DNA of 31,088 nucleotides from a virus (Duplodnaviria; Caudoviricetes): positions 1 to 31,088 of IMG/VR virus record IMGVR_UViG_3300020138_000015, one strand, 5' to 3'. Shown piece after piece: positions 18,301 through 25,988 of the stretch. The position numbers and the translations under genes are program-made. The notes beneath the pieces are model-generated. The model was not told the origin of the DNA, did not search any database, and was given only the letters and a program-made list of their open reading frames with translations. Each line of letters opens with the position of its first letter. Position 1 is the stretch's first letter.

Positions 18301-19694
18301 ATCCTGGCGCGAGAATAACTCTGGCGCATTTCCCAAAAAGCCCAAGCAATACCACCGGCACCAGCAAGTGCAATCGCCGCTGCACCGGCAGATGTAGCAA
18401 GTGCCCCGGCTGCACCAGCCGCTAGACCTAGTGATGCTCCCGCTTGCGTCCCCAAAGCCCCTATCGCGGATGCCTCACGAAGAAGCCTCATGGCGATCGC
18501 TGCTTCACCTATCGCAACCTTGAGATTTCGGATGTTGGCGAGCATTTCCCCGCCGAATATGAGTTTCTGTGCCCGGTAAAAGGCATAAGCACCGGCAGTC
18601 ATAAGCCCGAGATTGACGATCAAGTCTTTCGTCGGGGCATCAGCATCATGGAACGCTATTTCAATTTCCACGAACGTATCAAGCATTTCCCGGAGGGTAG
18701 GAGCAAGCTGTTCGCCTACTTCGATACGCATGTCTTCGTAAGCGTTTCTCGCTATACGGATCGAGCCATCAAGGCTATCGAGCATATCCGTAGCGATGCG
18801 GGTTGCGTCCGATGTTCCGCTGATGGCGTCCCGCAACTCGTATATGGATTTCGTCTTGATTGCGGAGAACAGAGCCGATGCACCAGAAGCCGCTTCTGTA
18901 CCGAACAAACGCGCAATGTCGCCCGACGAAAGGTTCTTGTTCGCCAGATCGCTAAGAACATCGTAGAGGTTTCTAAACTCTCCGCTCGTATCGCGGGTTG
19001 CGATGCCAAGTTGTTTGAGAAGGTCTTTGGCATCACCAGTTGGGGCCTGCAACGACACAAGGACGTTACGTAGGACCGTACCGGCTTGTTCACCCTGCAA
19101 GCCCACATCAAACAGCGAAGATAGCGCCGCCGTAGTGTCTTCGATGCTCACCCCGGCATCGCCCGCAACCGGGCCGACTTGTCGCAAAGCAAAGGACAGT
19201 TTGTCGATACTCGCCTGCGATTTAGCCGTTGCCGACGCCAGAACGTTAGCAACGCGGGAAGCGTCATCGGCTTCCAGCTTGAAGGCTCGCAAGGTCGAAG
19301 CCATGAGGTCGGCAGACTGGTTAATGTCTGTCATCGTCGCTTGGGCCAGATTAAGCACCGACGACATGGCTCTCATGGACTCGTCAACGCTATAACCAGC
19401 GGACGCAAGGAAATAGAGAGCGTTTGCCGCTTCCGACGCAGCGAACCTAGACGCGAGGGAGAACGACCGAACCGATTTCTCCATCGCTATGAATTGTTCG
19501 CGGGTGCCGTTGGCAACCGAGTTTGTGGTAATCAGTTCGCGTTCGAGGATGCGGAAGCCATCGACAACGTTTTTTACCTCGTTGATGCCCGCAAGCAGCG
19601 AACCCATAGAGAAAGCTGCGCGTTCCAAGTCATCTGCGATGCGTCCGAAAGCTACGTCCTGTTGACGACCGGATGATCTTCCCTGAATTGCCAT
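15372..19694 (-). CDS. Tail tape measure protein (1440 aa)
   Basis: TP901-type N-terminal core (EAANALYFLASAG, GEQAGTVLRN), long Ala-rich helical body and C-terminal FAKGG...PT.F...GLMGE..PEAVMPL.R..DG.LGV. Confidence 0.96.
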   Translation of the reverse strand: MAIQGRSSGRQQDVAFGRIADDLERAAFSMGSLLAGINEVKNVVDGFRILERELITTNSVANGTREQFIAMEKSVRSFSLASRFAASEAANALYFLASAGYSVDESMRAMSSVLNLAQATMTDINQSADLMASTLRAFKLEADDASRVANVLASATAKSQASIDKLSFALRQVGPVAGDAGVSIEDTTAALSSLFDVGLQGEQAGTVLRNVLVSLQAPTGDAKDLLKQLGIATRDTSGEFRNLYDVLSDLANKNLSSGDIARLFGTEAASGASALFSAIKTKSIYELRDAISGTSDATRIATDMLDSLDGSIRIARNAYEDMRIEVGEQLAPTLREMLDTFVEIEIAFHDADAPTKDLIVNLGLMTAGAYAFYRAQKLIFGGEMLANIRNLKVAIGEAAIAMRLLREASAIGALGTQAGASLGLAAGAAGALATSAGAAAIALAGAGGIAWAFWEMRQSYSRARISEVLGEPVKLADNLEASFRRLYRTIEAGRTGRSSGITVDALGELSGELDKYREAVNKYKEDIDNAQTELKAARDSIRLMSLFSTDDTNALNLLDKTDFMAVWNDYWASKAGEAAKKGGKTIASMKEYFQKELRDPANEWNNSRKEIAKEIVDLIGSSDPLVQNILQKGFEAAAVPDTDVPLFGNRWKLFGDALKDQAGKLGILVDDTRQLQKRYEDAEVDVNKLTAKRDAFFESLASPEQMASLSASIADDMDRVFKNSDINLNAVRTELSKQNSQINKVIADYIEEIRKGEGEFNKGELYDRLIKEAGKEGLIDADRLRKAQEYRFSVFLDKNAQDVRNLIRSQTVAVAKQAADLQRDPELARLAAAMEANVTSLTQFDAASEKIDKMMRTALGTMGDKLDPFIDLLSGKGEMEELNRRLDEKGKLTVADYQEVFKKNGLTADQFVYNMVLAFSAETGIPIDDLVNDTKLNIVKRLQTVFDVRNLIFQSAVQNLKGADQQNFRKFDFTDRIQDLMDETGKSMEIAIRRAKLSINPGDLSSALSLDLDQLFLDTEKSIREHNKRVDDLLAQGAKFDGEKSKRDFAEGTRQLRAAQVEALKYNNKIALENMKADNENFIIQMQTQMRDVSGAMKSISGDVNGFIDFQVARQAVDVEQTYRQKVIDTTRAFDERIRASERGSEDERKIIELKKQTLDLLAQEYQQNLDVAASEENRARVSRDAANQWIDNYEKMHELTGTFWEGVDTASDRATVNQITNFQLGQQAYEQYINGMSDLFSDLIVGTDQGWSDMLGSMLRQWARFAAQIASSQIFNSILGWIGGAASAGTGSFVEAGAVTAPTVAAQGRVFIDGNPQRFAKGGTKGNIVYTPTRFPTNGGQGLMGEERPEAVMPLTRTPDGELGVRVTNGGGGDMRITYAPVYELVFQGAGGPGGGNFDPSAAQDMLKGLDSTIQMYMTKFVQKEQMPGGLIWRALNGR

Positions 19695-19699
19695 GTTGC

Positions 19700-20080
19700 C
19701 TACCCGTGTAACAAACTCTTTCCCGCCCCTGCGTTGCGGCGGCTCGCTTCTGCATCGCGCTTTTCTTCGTTACACCGATTAAAACTGTTTTCCAGTACGG
19801 TCATGGTTTCCATATAAAGCGCAGGCTGCTTATGCAGTCCTCCGGTAATTGGAAGTATCCCCCTCTTGAAAGCGGCATAGACGGGGAGAACCTTGTCGAA
19901 AAATACCGGGTCTTCTAGGAACGGTCTACGGGGACACCGTTTCTGGTCATCCCCGTCACCGTCTTTCCAGTACGGTATTTCTGTGTCTGCCTCGCAACCT
20001 CTCCGTTCCTTGTCTTCCGCGCTACACCTTGCACAGTTAAACGTGGGGAAGTGGACTATCGAAATAACCGCGTGGTCTAT
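19700..20080 (-). CDS. Tail assembly chaperone frameshift extension (gpT-like part of gpGT; not in ORF track)
   Basis: The -1 frame is open for 126 codons from the A9 run to TAG at 19702-19700: IDHAVISIVHFPTFNCARC...GC...RCPRRPF...GILPITGGLHKQPALYMETM...LLHG. No early start codon. Confidence 0.85.
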   Translation of the reverse strand: MDHAVISIVHFPTFNCARCSAEDKERRGCEADTEIPYWKDGDGDDQKRCPRRPFLEDPVFFDKVLPVYAAFKRGILPITGGLHKQPALYMETMTVLENSFNRCNEEKRDAEASRRNAGAGKSLLHG

Positions 20081-20499
20081 TTTTTTTTAACCACAGCGGA
20101 AATCGTGTTACGAGAGATAATCTCGTTGCCGAGTTCGCTCATAATTTCGAGCGGGATCATGTCGAGGATTTCGGGGGCAAGTACATTGTAGATTTCCCCG
20201 CCGATCTGTTCCACAACCGTCTTGTAGGCCACGATGTTGTCGTCTTTGTCGCGGAAGTTGCGAAGGCCGCGAAGCCCGAACTTCACCGCCCATGTGTTGC
20301 GGGTCGCGTTCCGCATATAGATGCGGCTGTCACCTTCGATTGACGGGGTGTAGTAAGTCGTATTGTCACCGATGTACGCGCGGATGTTCGCATCCAAAGC
20401 CCCGATGACCCAAATCGTAGCGCCATCGGCTTCGGTTTTCTTGTCATCGAACTTGGAAATGAAGTCTTCGCTCTCTGTGAGGGAGGTTCCCGTAATCAT
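20077..20499 (-). CDS. Tail assembly chaperone (gpG-like)
   Basis: Lies between tube and TMP and ends in GTT AAA AAA AAA TAG. Confidence 0.85.
   Translation of the reverse strand: MITGTSLTESEDFISKFDDKKTEADGATIWVIGALDANIRAYIGDNTTYYTPSIEGDSRIYMRNATRNTWAVKFGLRGLRNFRDKDDNIVAYKTVVEQIGGEIYNVLAPEILDMIPLEIMSELGNEIISRNTISAVVKKK
20080..20088 (-). other. Programmed -1 ribosomal frameshift slippery site (A AAA AAA within A9)
   Basis: Run of nine A immediately before the G stop codon. The -1 frame reaches to 5 nt before the TMP start. Confidence 0.85.
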
Positions 20500-20533
20500 A
20501 TCTGCTGCCCTTTCTGGCTGCTGGTATGTGGGT

Positions 20534-20549
20534 TAGCAAACGTTTGCTA
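20534..20549. repeat. 16-bp palindrome, exact copy 6 (extends to 20 bp, 20532-20551)
   Basis: Supplies the TAG stop of the 57-aa ORF 20547..20720. Confidence 0.95.
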
Positions 20550-20720
20550 ACGAATTTGCTTGTCAGCTTTCATCTTGACCACTTTAGCCCCCGGCGTAGC
20601 GTCCTTGATCTTTTGCGCCGCATTGGCTGTCAATTTGATGTCAACAACTATTACCAATTCTTTACCATCTTCATCGAATTGTCCAGTGGGAACAACGACT
20701 AGGTAAACAACTACCTCCAT
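20547..20720 (-). CDS. Small hypothetical protein, 57 aa (not in ORF track)
   Basis: AGGAGG RBS, MEVVVYLVVVPTGQFDEDGKELVIVVDIKLTANAAQKIKDATPGAKVVKMKADKQIR*. Fills the gap between tube and chaperone. Confidence 0.8.
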   Translation of the reverse strand: MEVVVYLVVVPTGQFDEDGKELVIVVDIKLTANAAQKIKDATPGAKVVKMKADKQIR

Positions 20721-20732
20721 AACCCCTCCTAC

Positions 20733-20761
20733 AAGAAAAAGGGGAGGGTTGCGCCCTCCCC
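20733..20761 (-). terminator. Rho-independent terminator after tail tube gene
   Basis: GGGGAGGG-CGCAA-CCCTCCCC followed by TTTTTCTT on the minus strand. Confidence 0.85.
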
Positions 20762-20786
20762 TCTATATGCGTAGGCCCGTTACAAC

Positions 20787-22328
20787 CTAACAAAAGATGA
20801 CCGAAATTTCATCGTCGCCGTCTCCCGAAACTGCCGAGAATTTCAGTGGAATATCGTAGATGCGATTTCCGTTTCGATCACCGTACGGCATGTTCGTGTA
20901 CTGTGCGGACTCGCTCTGGAACACGACAATGTTCCCCGGAACCGTGCCGACACGAATATGGAAGTCAAGCTGCGTTGCCTCTTTGAAGTACCGCCAGAAC
21001 GGGTGTTCCCGTTCCAGTTTGGCTTCGGGGTTAATACCGCCGACCGGCGCACGGGCTGTAATGCTCACGCCATTGTAGCCATCGGTGCCGGACACACAGT
21101 CCCGAACGGAAACCGTGTTGGCGAGGTCGATGGAGAACGATTGCGCACACATTCCGATGCTCTCGCCCACGTCAAGCTGTGCAAGCTCGACTTGCTGGGG
21201 CTTGGAGGACTCGTACACAGCCCCGCGCGGGAGAGGAACATCGACAGGATCGAGGTACTGTCCCGTGAATGTGAAGCTGAAATTGCCAAGCTGGCCCGCT
21301 TCACCTGATGCCGACCATGTTCCCATGCAGTTCGTGATCTTGTGGAGAACGCCATCATAGTAGACGTAGATCGCCAGCATTTCGTAGTTGTCGCTGACGG
21401 GGGTGTAGTGCGTTCCCGGCCTTTTCAGGGAGATATAGTACACATCCCCGGCAACAAGGTTCCCGCTCCACGCTACCTTGATCTGTGCGGCGGAAGCGCC
21501 GAGTGTGACGACCGTTGTTCCAGATGTCAGTTCGATTGGAGCGGCAGCGGCGTCAAAACCAATCGTGACAACCGCGTCTGCGGCAGCGGTACTGGCGAAA
21601 CGGGCATCAGTTTTAATGAGGGCGGCAAGCCCCGAAGCAACCGAGTCCTCGTCCGGGGTTGCACCGACGACATAGTGGAACCGGATACCGCCGACAGTAA
21701 CATCGACGGTTTCACCTTCCACCCAATCGCCGTCAACCGTGAACGTGGGACCGGCAAGGCTGCTCTTGTTCAACGTAATCGTGCCAGCCGCCGAGTTCGT
21801 GTAGGCCCCGTATTCAAGCGAATAGGGGACCGTCTTATCCCCTTCCGGGTGAGCCGAACCGATGACTTGAACCTTCGCGGCTGTGGATGCGCCGCCCGTT
21901 ACAACGGCAAGAGCGTACCGCCCGAACCTTGAAGTGGGTTTCGTGTCCTTGGTAATAGTGATGGCAGGCCCGGTATTCGACGCATCAGGGCGAGGAGCCT
22001 GAATAATAGCCGCCGCCGAGTCTGCAATAGTCGTTTCCGCCATCGCACATGCGCGAAGGAGACGGCCAAGGCGGGAGACTGTTCCCACTTTACCGGAGCC
22101 TTTGATTTCGTGCGTGAAAGTCACGTTGACCAGCTTGCGGCCAACGGCGCTAGCCGTGGGAGACAGGCTGGAACGCCAGTTATTCCGTTCGAGAATTGTC
22201 GCCTGCACGGACACGTCCGCGTTCGACACAAGAAACGCATCAGCTTCGGGCGTCGGAAGCGGATCATTCGCCGTGGGCTGGATTTTTGCCAGCACAAGGG
22301 TACGTGCTGTCAGATGCGGATTGGACAT
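20787..22328 (-). CDS. Major tail (tube) protein with large internal insertion
   Basis: RT.VLAK.Q, V.VTFTHEIKGSG..G....LGRLLRAC N-terminus and Y.DG..HKI..C.GT, FSFTFTG.Y, IT.RAP.G.INPE, GTVPGNIV, DDEI...F C-terminus. Followed by a terminator. Confidence 0.85.
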   Translation of the reverse strand: MSNPHLTARTLVLAKIQPTANDPLPTPEADAFLVSNADVSVQATILERNNWRSSLSPTASAVGRKLVNVTFTHEIKGSGKVGTVSRLGRLLRACAMAETTIADSAAAIIQAPRPDASNTGPAITITKDTKPTSRFGRYALAVVTGGASTAAKVQVIGSAHPEGDKTVPYSLEYGAYTNSAAGTITLNKSSLAGPTFTVDGDWVEGETVDVTVGGIRFHYVVGATPDEDSVASGLAALIKTDARFASTAAADAVVTIGFDAAAAPIELTSGTTVVTLGASAAQIKVAWSGNLVAGDVYYISLKRPGTHYTPVSDNYEMLAIYVYYDGVLHKITNCMGTWSASGEAGQLGNFSFTFTGQYLDPVDVPLPRGAVYESSKPQQVELAQLDVGESIGMCAQSFSIDLANTVSVRDCVSGTDGYNGVSITARAPVGGINPEAKLEREHPFWRYFKEATQLDFHIRVGTVPGNIVVFQSESAQYTNMPYGDRNGNRIYDIPLKFSAVSGDGDDEISVIFC

Positions 22329-22331
22329 TCG

Positions 22332-22574
22332 TTATTTCTCCTGTTCCCTGCGGCGACGAACACCGTCCTCGCCCACAATGTAGGAACCGCCCATGCCCCG
22401 GAACGGGTCAGGGTCTTGCGCGGGTTCCGGTTTCTTGGCTTCGCGCACAATCGGCTTTTCCGCTTTCGGCTCGGAAGCCGTTTTCGGTTCGCTGGTTGCG
22501 GGGGTCTGCGAATTAGCAAACGTTTGCTGATCCGTCTTCGGCTTGTTGTCTGCGATATTCTTGGACACGCGCAA
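22332..22574 (-). CDS. Small hypothetical protein (80 aa)
   Basis: Low-complexity N-terminus and C-terminal GMGGSYIV..DG.R, upstream of the tube gene. Start uncertain (TTG 22574 or GTG 22568). Confidence 0.6.
   Translation of the reverse strand: MRVSKNIADNKPKTDQQTFANSQTPATSEPKTASEPKAEKPIVREAKKPEPAQDPDPFRGMGGSYIVGEDGVRRRREQEK
22514..22529. repeat. Palindrome variant (1 mismatch), intragenic
   Basis: Minus strand CAGCAAACGTTTGCTA, read in frame as Q-Q-T-F-A. Confidence 0.85.
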
Positions 22575-23105
22575 TTATCCTTCCGTTATATTGACGTAAG
22601 GGTCTGCGACTTGTTCCCGCCACGTAACGGAAATAATGATATAACCGCCCGGCTGGGGATCGTTAACCTCAATTTCGGGTGAGTTCCCGAGAGGCAGCGC
22701 CTTATAGGACACGTTGGCGTAGTATTCGGTATTAAACAGAACCTTTTTCAGTTGCCCGAGATAATAACCATAGACTTGTTGCGGGTCAACTCGTCCGTCG
22801 AGGCCCTGCGAGGTCGGTGGGCGGAATTTGAAGTGGATATAGTATTTCAATTCACAGTCGTTAACGAGGTAATTGACGAAGTTCGTTGGTTCCTCGTCAC
22901 CTTCCTCGACAGCACAAGCCGGTAAGCTCGCGGCGCTGATAAGGTCGAGCGTCCCGTGCTTGACTATATTCCACATGAGCTTCTGTTCTTCGCCCTCTTT
23001 GGGTGGTTCCGCTTGAGGGTCCGGCATTTCCCGTATGCGCCGAATAATGTCCTCGGTGATCTGTTCCCGAAGCGACAAAGGCACCTTGTAAACGTGTTCT
23101 CCCAT
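22575..23105 (-). CDS. Putative tail terminator protein
   Basis: 176 aa, SLREQI...I...I N-terminus and LP...VEEGDE. Position just before the tube gene. Confidence 0.6.
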   Translation of the reverse strand: MGEHVYKVPLSLREQITEDIIRRIREMPDPQAEPPKEGEEQKLMWNIVKHGTLDLISAASLPACAVEEGDEEPTNFVNYLVNDCELKYYIHFKFRPPTSQGLDGRVDPQQVYGYYLGQLKKVLFNTEYYANVSYKALPLGNSPEIEVNDPQPGGYIIISVTWREQVADPYVNITEG

Positions 23106-23842
23106 TATCTAAGCCTCCTGAAAGGAACCTTTTTAAACGAGGCCCTAGAAACCCTGCCCGCCAACACCTTAGCACGATAGTTGGACGGCCTCGCTTTCCC
23201 GGCTTCCGCAAAAAGATCAACGCCAGTTATAGCGTCATACAATATACCGGCCCAAGCGTTTAGTATGGCTGGCATCACTTGATTGACGTGCCTGCGCAAC
23301 CCCAGCTTCGGTTTGAAGTGTGCTTCTTCGACAAGCACATAAAGATAAACGGTTTCCGCCTGTTTACCTCTACCCCTCGTATAGACGATGTACGAGCGTC
23401 CGGTTTTCTTGCTGCGGAAAACGCGGGTTCCCAAGGAACGCCAAGAGTTAGGCCCCCGGCGCTTTGGAGTACCGTCGGGGCGTAAAGCTGCTGGCAAAGG
23501 CAAGGCTAGGGCTTTGGAATTGACAGGGCGTATCGTCCCCCCGTATTCGTGCAGGGAAACCCACCCCGGAGCGCGTATAACGGCCCGTAGATTGTCTATA
23601 GTGCGCGTCCCGGTAGCTGATACCCCGGAACGCAAAACGCGATGTAGCATACCCGTAGGGCTGCGCAATTCAGTGTCGTTAAGTGTGTCCTCAACGGCTT
23701 GCCGCATAGCTTCGACAAGGGCCGCTTTTAGCGGGGCGATCACAGAAGATTGGAAATCTCGGGATATGCCGTACAGAGCTTTGGTCAGCACATCCCGAGA
23801 TTTTTTATCGGCCCCTATGGATACGATGACAACGTTTTTCAT
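23105..23842 (-). CDS. Putative neck/tail-completion protein
   Basis: Basic protein with TG.L.R.L and HEYGGTIRP.N.KAL.LP motifs in the head-tail region. Confidence 0.65.
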   Translation of the reverse strand: MKNVVIVSIGADKKSRDVLTKALYGISRDFQSSVIAPLKAALVEAMRQAVEDTLNDTELRSPTGMLHRVLRSGVSATGTRTIDNLRAVIRAPGWVSLHEYGGTIRPVNSKALALPLPAALRPDGTPKRRGPNSWRSLGTRVFRSKKTGRSYIVYTRGRGKQAETVYLYVLVEEAHFKPKLGLRRHVNQVMPAILNAWAGILYDAITGVDLFAEAGKARPSNYRAKVLAGRVSRASFKKVPFRRLR

Positions 23843-24459
23843 AGCCTGCCGATTAAGCTGCGGCGGAATGGCGTAAGCAGATTGACCGCTTCCAGCAATA
23901 GGCCGGACTGCGATACCGGGTTGACCCCGGAACCCCCGCTTTTGCTGTTCTCGCTATCCTGTCCGGTTTCGTTCTCCATGATGCGCTGTGCCATATAAGC
24001 ACAATTCAGGATAGCGGCTTCCCGAACTGCACTAGGCACTTCGATAAGCTGGTATTCATCCCCGCTCGTATCGTCTTCGGATACGGCATACCCGCCGTTG
24101 TACTTGACGCGGAATGGTGCCCCGTTCGCATAGGTCAGATAAATTTTACCCGTTACCGCATCGAACTTGTAGCTATCCGCATCCAACGGTTCTTCGGAAA
24201 ACCCGTGCGGCCAGACACTCCCGTAAACGCGGAACGGTACACTCATATCAACGGGGGTTTCCCGCAAATACACGGCATCGCCCGATGCGTTAGAGTCCTG
24301 CACGTATTCGCCATACGTAAATTCGCGGCGGCAATACGTCTTTATCAGGCTGGCCGTAGGCGCAAGTCGAGCGCGGATGATGGTGTCATTCCCCGAAAAC
24401 GACGAGTTCATAACGAGGTTATTCCTCACGTCTTGGAGAGAGCAGAAAATGTCAGGCAT
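23839..24459 (-). CDS. Head-tail connector (adaptor) protein
   Basis: Start revised to ATG 24459 (GGAGG RBS). CSLQDVR..L, I.TYCRREF, V.YNGGY, VP.AVREA, LL.PFRR. Confidence 0.8.
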   Translation of the reverse strand: MPDIFCSLQDVRNNLVMNSSFSGNDTIIRARLAPTASLIKTYCRREFTYGEYVQDSNASGDAVYLRETPVDMSVPFRVYGSVWPHGFSEEPLDADSYKFDAVTGKIYLTYANGAPFRVKYNGGYAVSEDDTSGDEYQLIEVPSAVREAAILNCAYMAQRIMENETGQDSENSKSGGSGVNPVSQSGLLLEAVNLLTPFRRSLIGRL

Positions 24460-24473
24460 TGGAACCTCCAAAT

Positions 24474-24501
24474 AAAAAGGCGGGGCTGTTAAACCCCGCC
24501 T
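24474..24501 (-). terminator. Rho-independent terminator after capsid-proximal gene
   Basis: AGGCGGGG-TTTAACAG-CCCCGCCT followed by TTTTATTT on the minus strand. Confidence 0.75.
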
Positions 24502-24521
24502 CTTATTCACGCTCAAGTTGT

Positions 24522-24914
24522 TTAGAGGGTGTGACGGCGAGAGCCGAGGCGGTTGCGACGGGGAGGAACATCACCATCGGTTTCCGTATCGGCCTCGCCG
24601 CCGCTGGACTCCTTGGCAACGTGCGTGTGACGGCGCGGGCGTTGAAGCTGGCGGCGAACCGGAGCGGGTTCTTCTGTTTCGAGTTCTGACTTCGGAACCC
24701 CGTATTCCACCTTGAACAACGGCTTCTCATAGACCTCGTTGTCCATGTCGATCCGTTCATCGACAATGGTTTCGAGAATGAGGCCGAGGTCTTCGGTCAC
24801 TGGTCTTGCGACACCCCGATCAAAACGCTCGTTCTTGTAGAAATACACCTTCCCGCGAACAAGAGTTGCGACCGTTACGAGTTCGCCTTCGATCTGTTCA
24901 GCCTTGTTACCCAT
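24522..24914 (-). CDS. Hypothetical head-associated protein (possibly YqbF-like N-domain)
   Basis: Follows the capsid gene. LVRGKVYFY...FDRGV..PV pattern with a disordered tail. Confidence 0.6.
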   Translation of the reverse strand: MGNKAEQIEGELVTVATLVRGKVYFYKNERFDRGVARPVTEDLGLILETIVDERIDMDNEVYEKPLFKVEYGVPKSELETEEPAPVRRQLQRPRRHTHVAKESSGGEADTETDGDVPPRRNRLGSRRHTL

Positions 24915-24933
24915 TTTGCACCTTTTAATGAGT

Positions 24934-24954
24934 GGCGGGGGATAAGCCCCCGCC
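24934..24954 (-). other. GC-rich stem-loop after major capsid gene (mRNA stabiliser or weak terminator)
   Basis: GGCGGGGG-N5-CCCCCGCC with no U tract. Confidence 0.6.
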
Positions 24955-24981
24955 TAGTTAAGAGTTAAATGCGCGTCGCCA

Positions 24982-25926
24982 TTAACCGATATTCGTCGCC
25001 TTCACGCACATATTTTCTTCCTCGATGGCCGTGGCAATCCGCATGGTCAGCACGATTTCGATGGTGCGTTCGCGGATGTTGCGGTCAAACTCCATCCGCA
25101 TCTGACGCTGCACACCGAAGATGACGTTCTGCGGAATGGTCAGGACCATGTTGCTCGTCGGCATGTTGCCCGTCGATTTCATCGGGACGCCGAGAACGCT
25201 AACGGGCTGCTGGCCCGTCAGGGTAGCATCACCCAAGGCTGTCTGGCGCTGCGAGACAGACAGGCGATAGTCGATTTCCTTCGTCGGGGCAGCCCAAAAG
25301 TTGAACTGGTTGATGAGGCGAAGGTACTGGATCGGCAGCGCCTTGAGCATGTTGCCGAACAAGTCGGGGGACATAGGGTCGCCGCCGTTGTTCACCACAT
25401 GGGACGTGATGTTTTCCAGAAGGCCATCGTACAGGGCAAGATAGCTGTCACCGGAGCCGGTATTGCCGTTGATGACACCTTCCTCCACGTCACGAGCCGC
25501 AAGAGTCGCCATCATGTCAACGATGGTTTGCTGGAACTGCGTTCCGTCGATCTGACCGCCCTCGATAACATCTTCGAGGGTTTCATAGGGAAGGTCGATT
25601 TCGGCGATGACTTCCGAGGTCTTGAGCGTGATCTTGCCGGTCTTCGGCTTCGAGCGCGTCGGCGCACGGGAACCGAGGGCGTACGGCCCGCTGTTCTGCG
25701 TGTCCGAGTTCTTCGCTGCTTGCAACAGACGTCCTTCAAAGCCGATCTTCGGGATGACCATTTCGGGTCGGGTCATCCTGATCGAGCGGAACGAGTTGAG
25801 CATCGTCGGCGCAAGGATCATCTGGCGGTAGAAACGATCCGCCATTTCCGGCTGCATGTAGCCGCCGTCATTAATGAGGTCCGACAGGCCAATATCGGCC
25901 ATCTGGATCAATTCATGTTCTTTCAT
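24982..25926 (-). CDS. Major capsid protein (HK97 fold)
   Basis: GGYMQPE.A.RF, I.LPYETLED.IEG, A.DVEE..INGNT, DGLL, N.IFG.QR. Follows the scaffold, with biased high-expression codon usage. Confidence 0.92.
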   Translation of the reverse strand: MKEHELIQMADIGLSDLINDGGYMQPEMADRFYRQMILAPTMLNSFRSIRMTRPEMVIPKIGFEGRLLQAAKNSDTQNSGPYALGSRAPTRSKPKTGKITLKTSEVIAEIDLPYETLEDVIEGGQIDGTQFQQTIVDMMATLAARDVEEGVINGNTGSGDSYLALYDGLLENITSHVVNNGGDPMSPDLFGNMLKALPIQYLRLINQFNFWAAPTKEIDYRLSVSQRQTALGDATLTGQQPVSVLGVPMKSTGNMPTSNMVLTIPQNVIFGVQRQMRMEFDRNIRERTIEIVLTMRIATAIEEENMCVKATNIG

Positions 25927-25988
25927 GTTCGTTTCTCGTCTTGATGTTGAAACTGAAATCTGTCCGACCGTATGCCGGTTTGGCGCTG

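Noticed and set aside
19700-20076. Apparent 380-bp non-coding gap (possible ncRNA) before the TMP
   Set aside because: Fully explained by the -1 frameshift extension of the tail chaperone.
2729-20549. Palindromic repeats as a CRISPR array or integron attC sites
   Set aside because: Spacing is irregular (0.3-7.7 kb) with whole genes between copies and no cas genes. The sites are too short and lack the RYYYAAC...GTTRRRY attC architecture, and no integrase is present.
3069-20549. Palindrome as a TAG read-through or stop-recoding signal
   Set aside because: At the three sites where it supplies TAG, the next gene's start is out of frame (offsets 68, 28 and 50 nt). Genes are intact under the standard code.
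2729-20549. Palindrome as an intrinsic terminator
   Set aside because: The stem is AT-rich and weak with no following U tract, unlike the clear terminators at 20733-20761 and 24474-24501.
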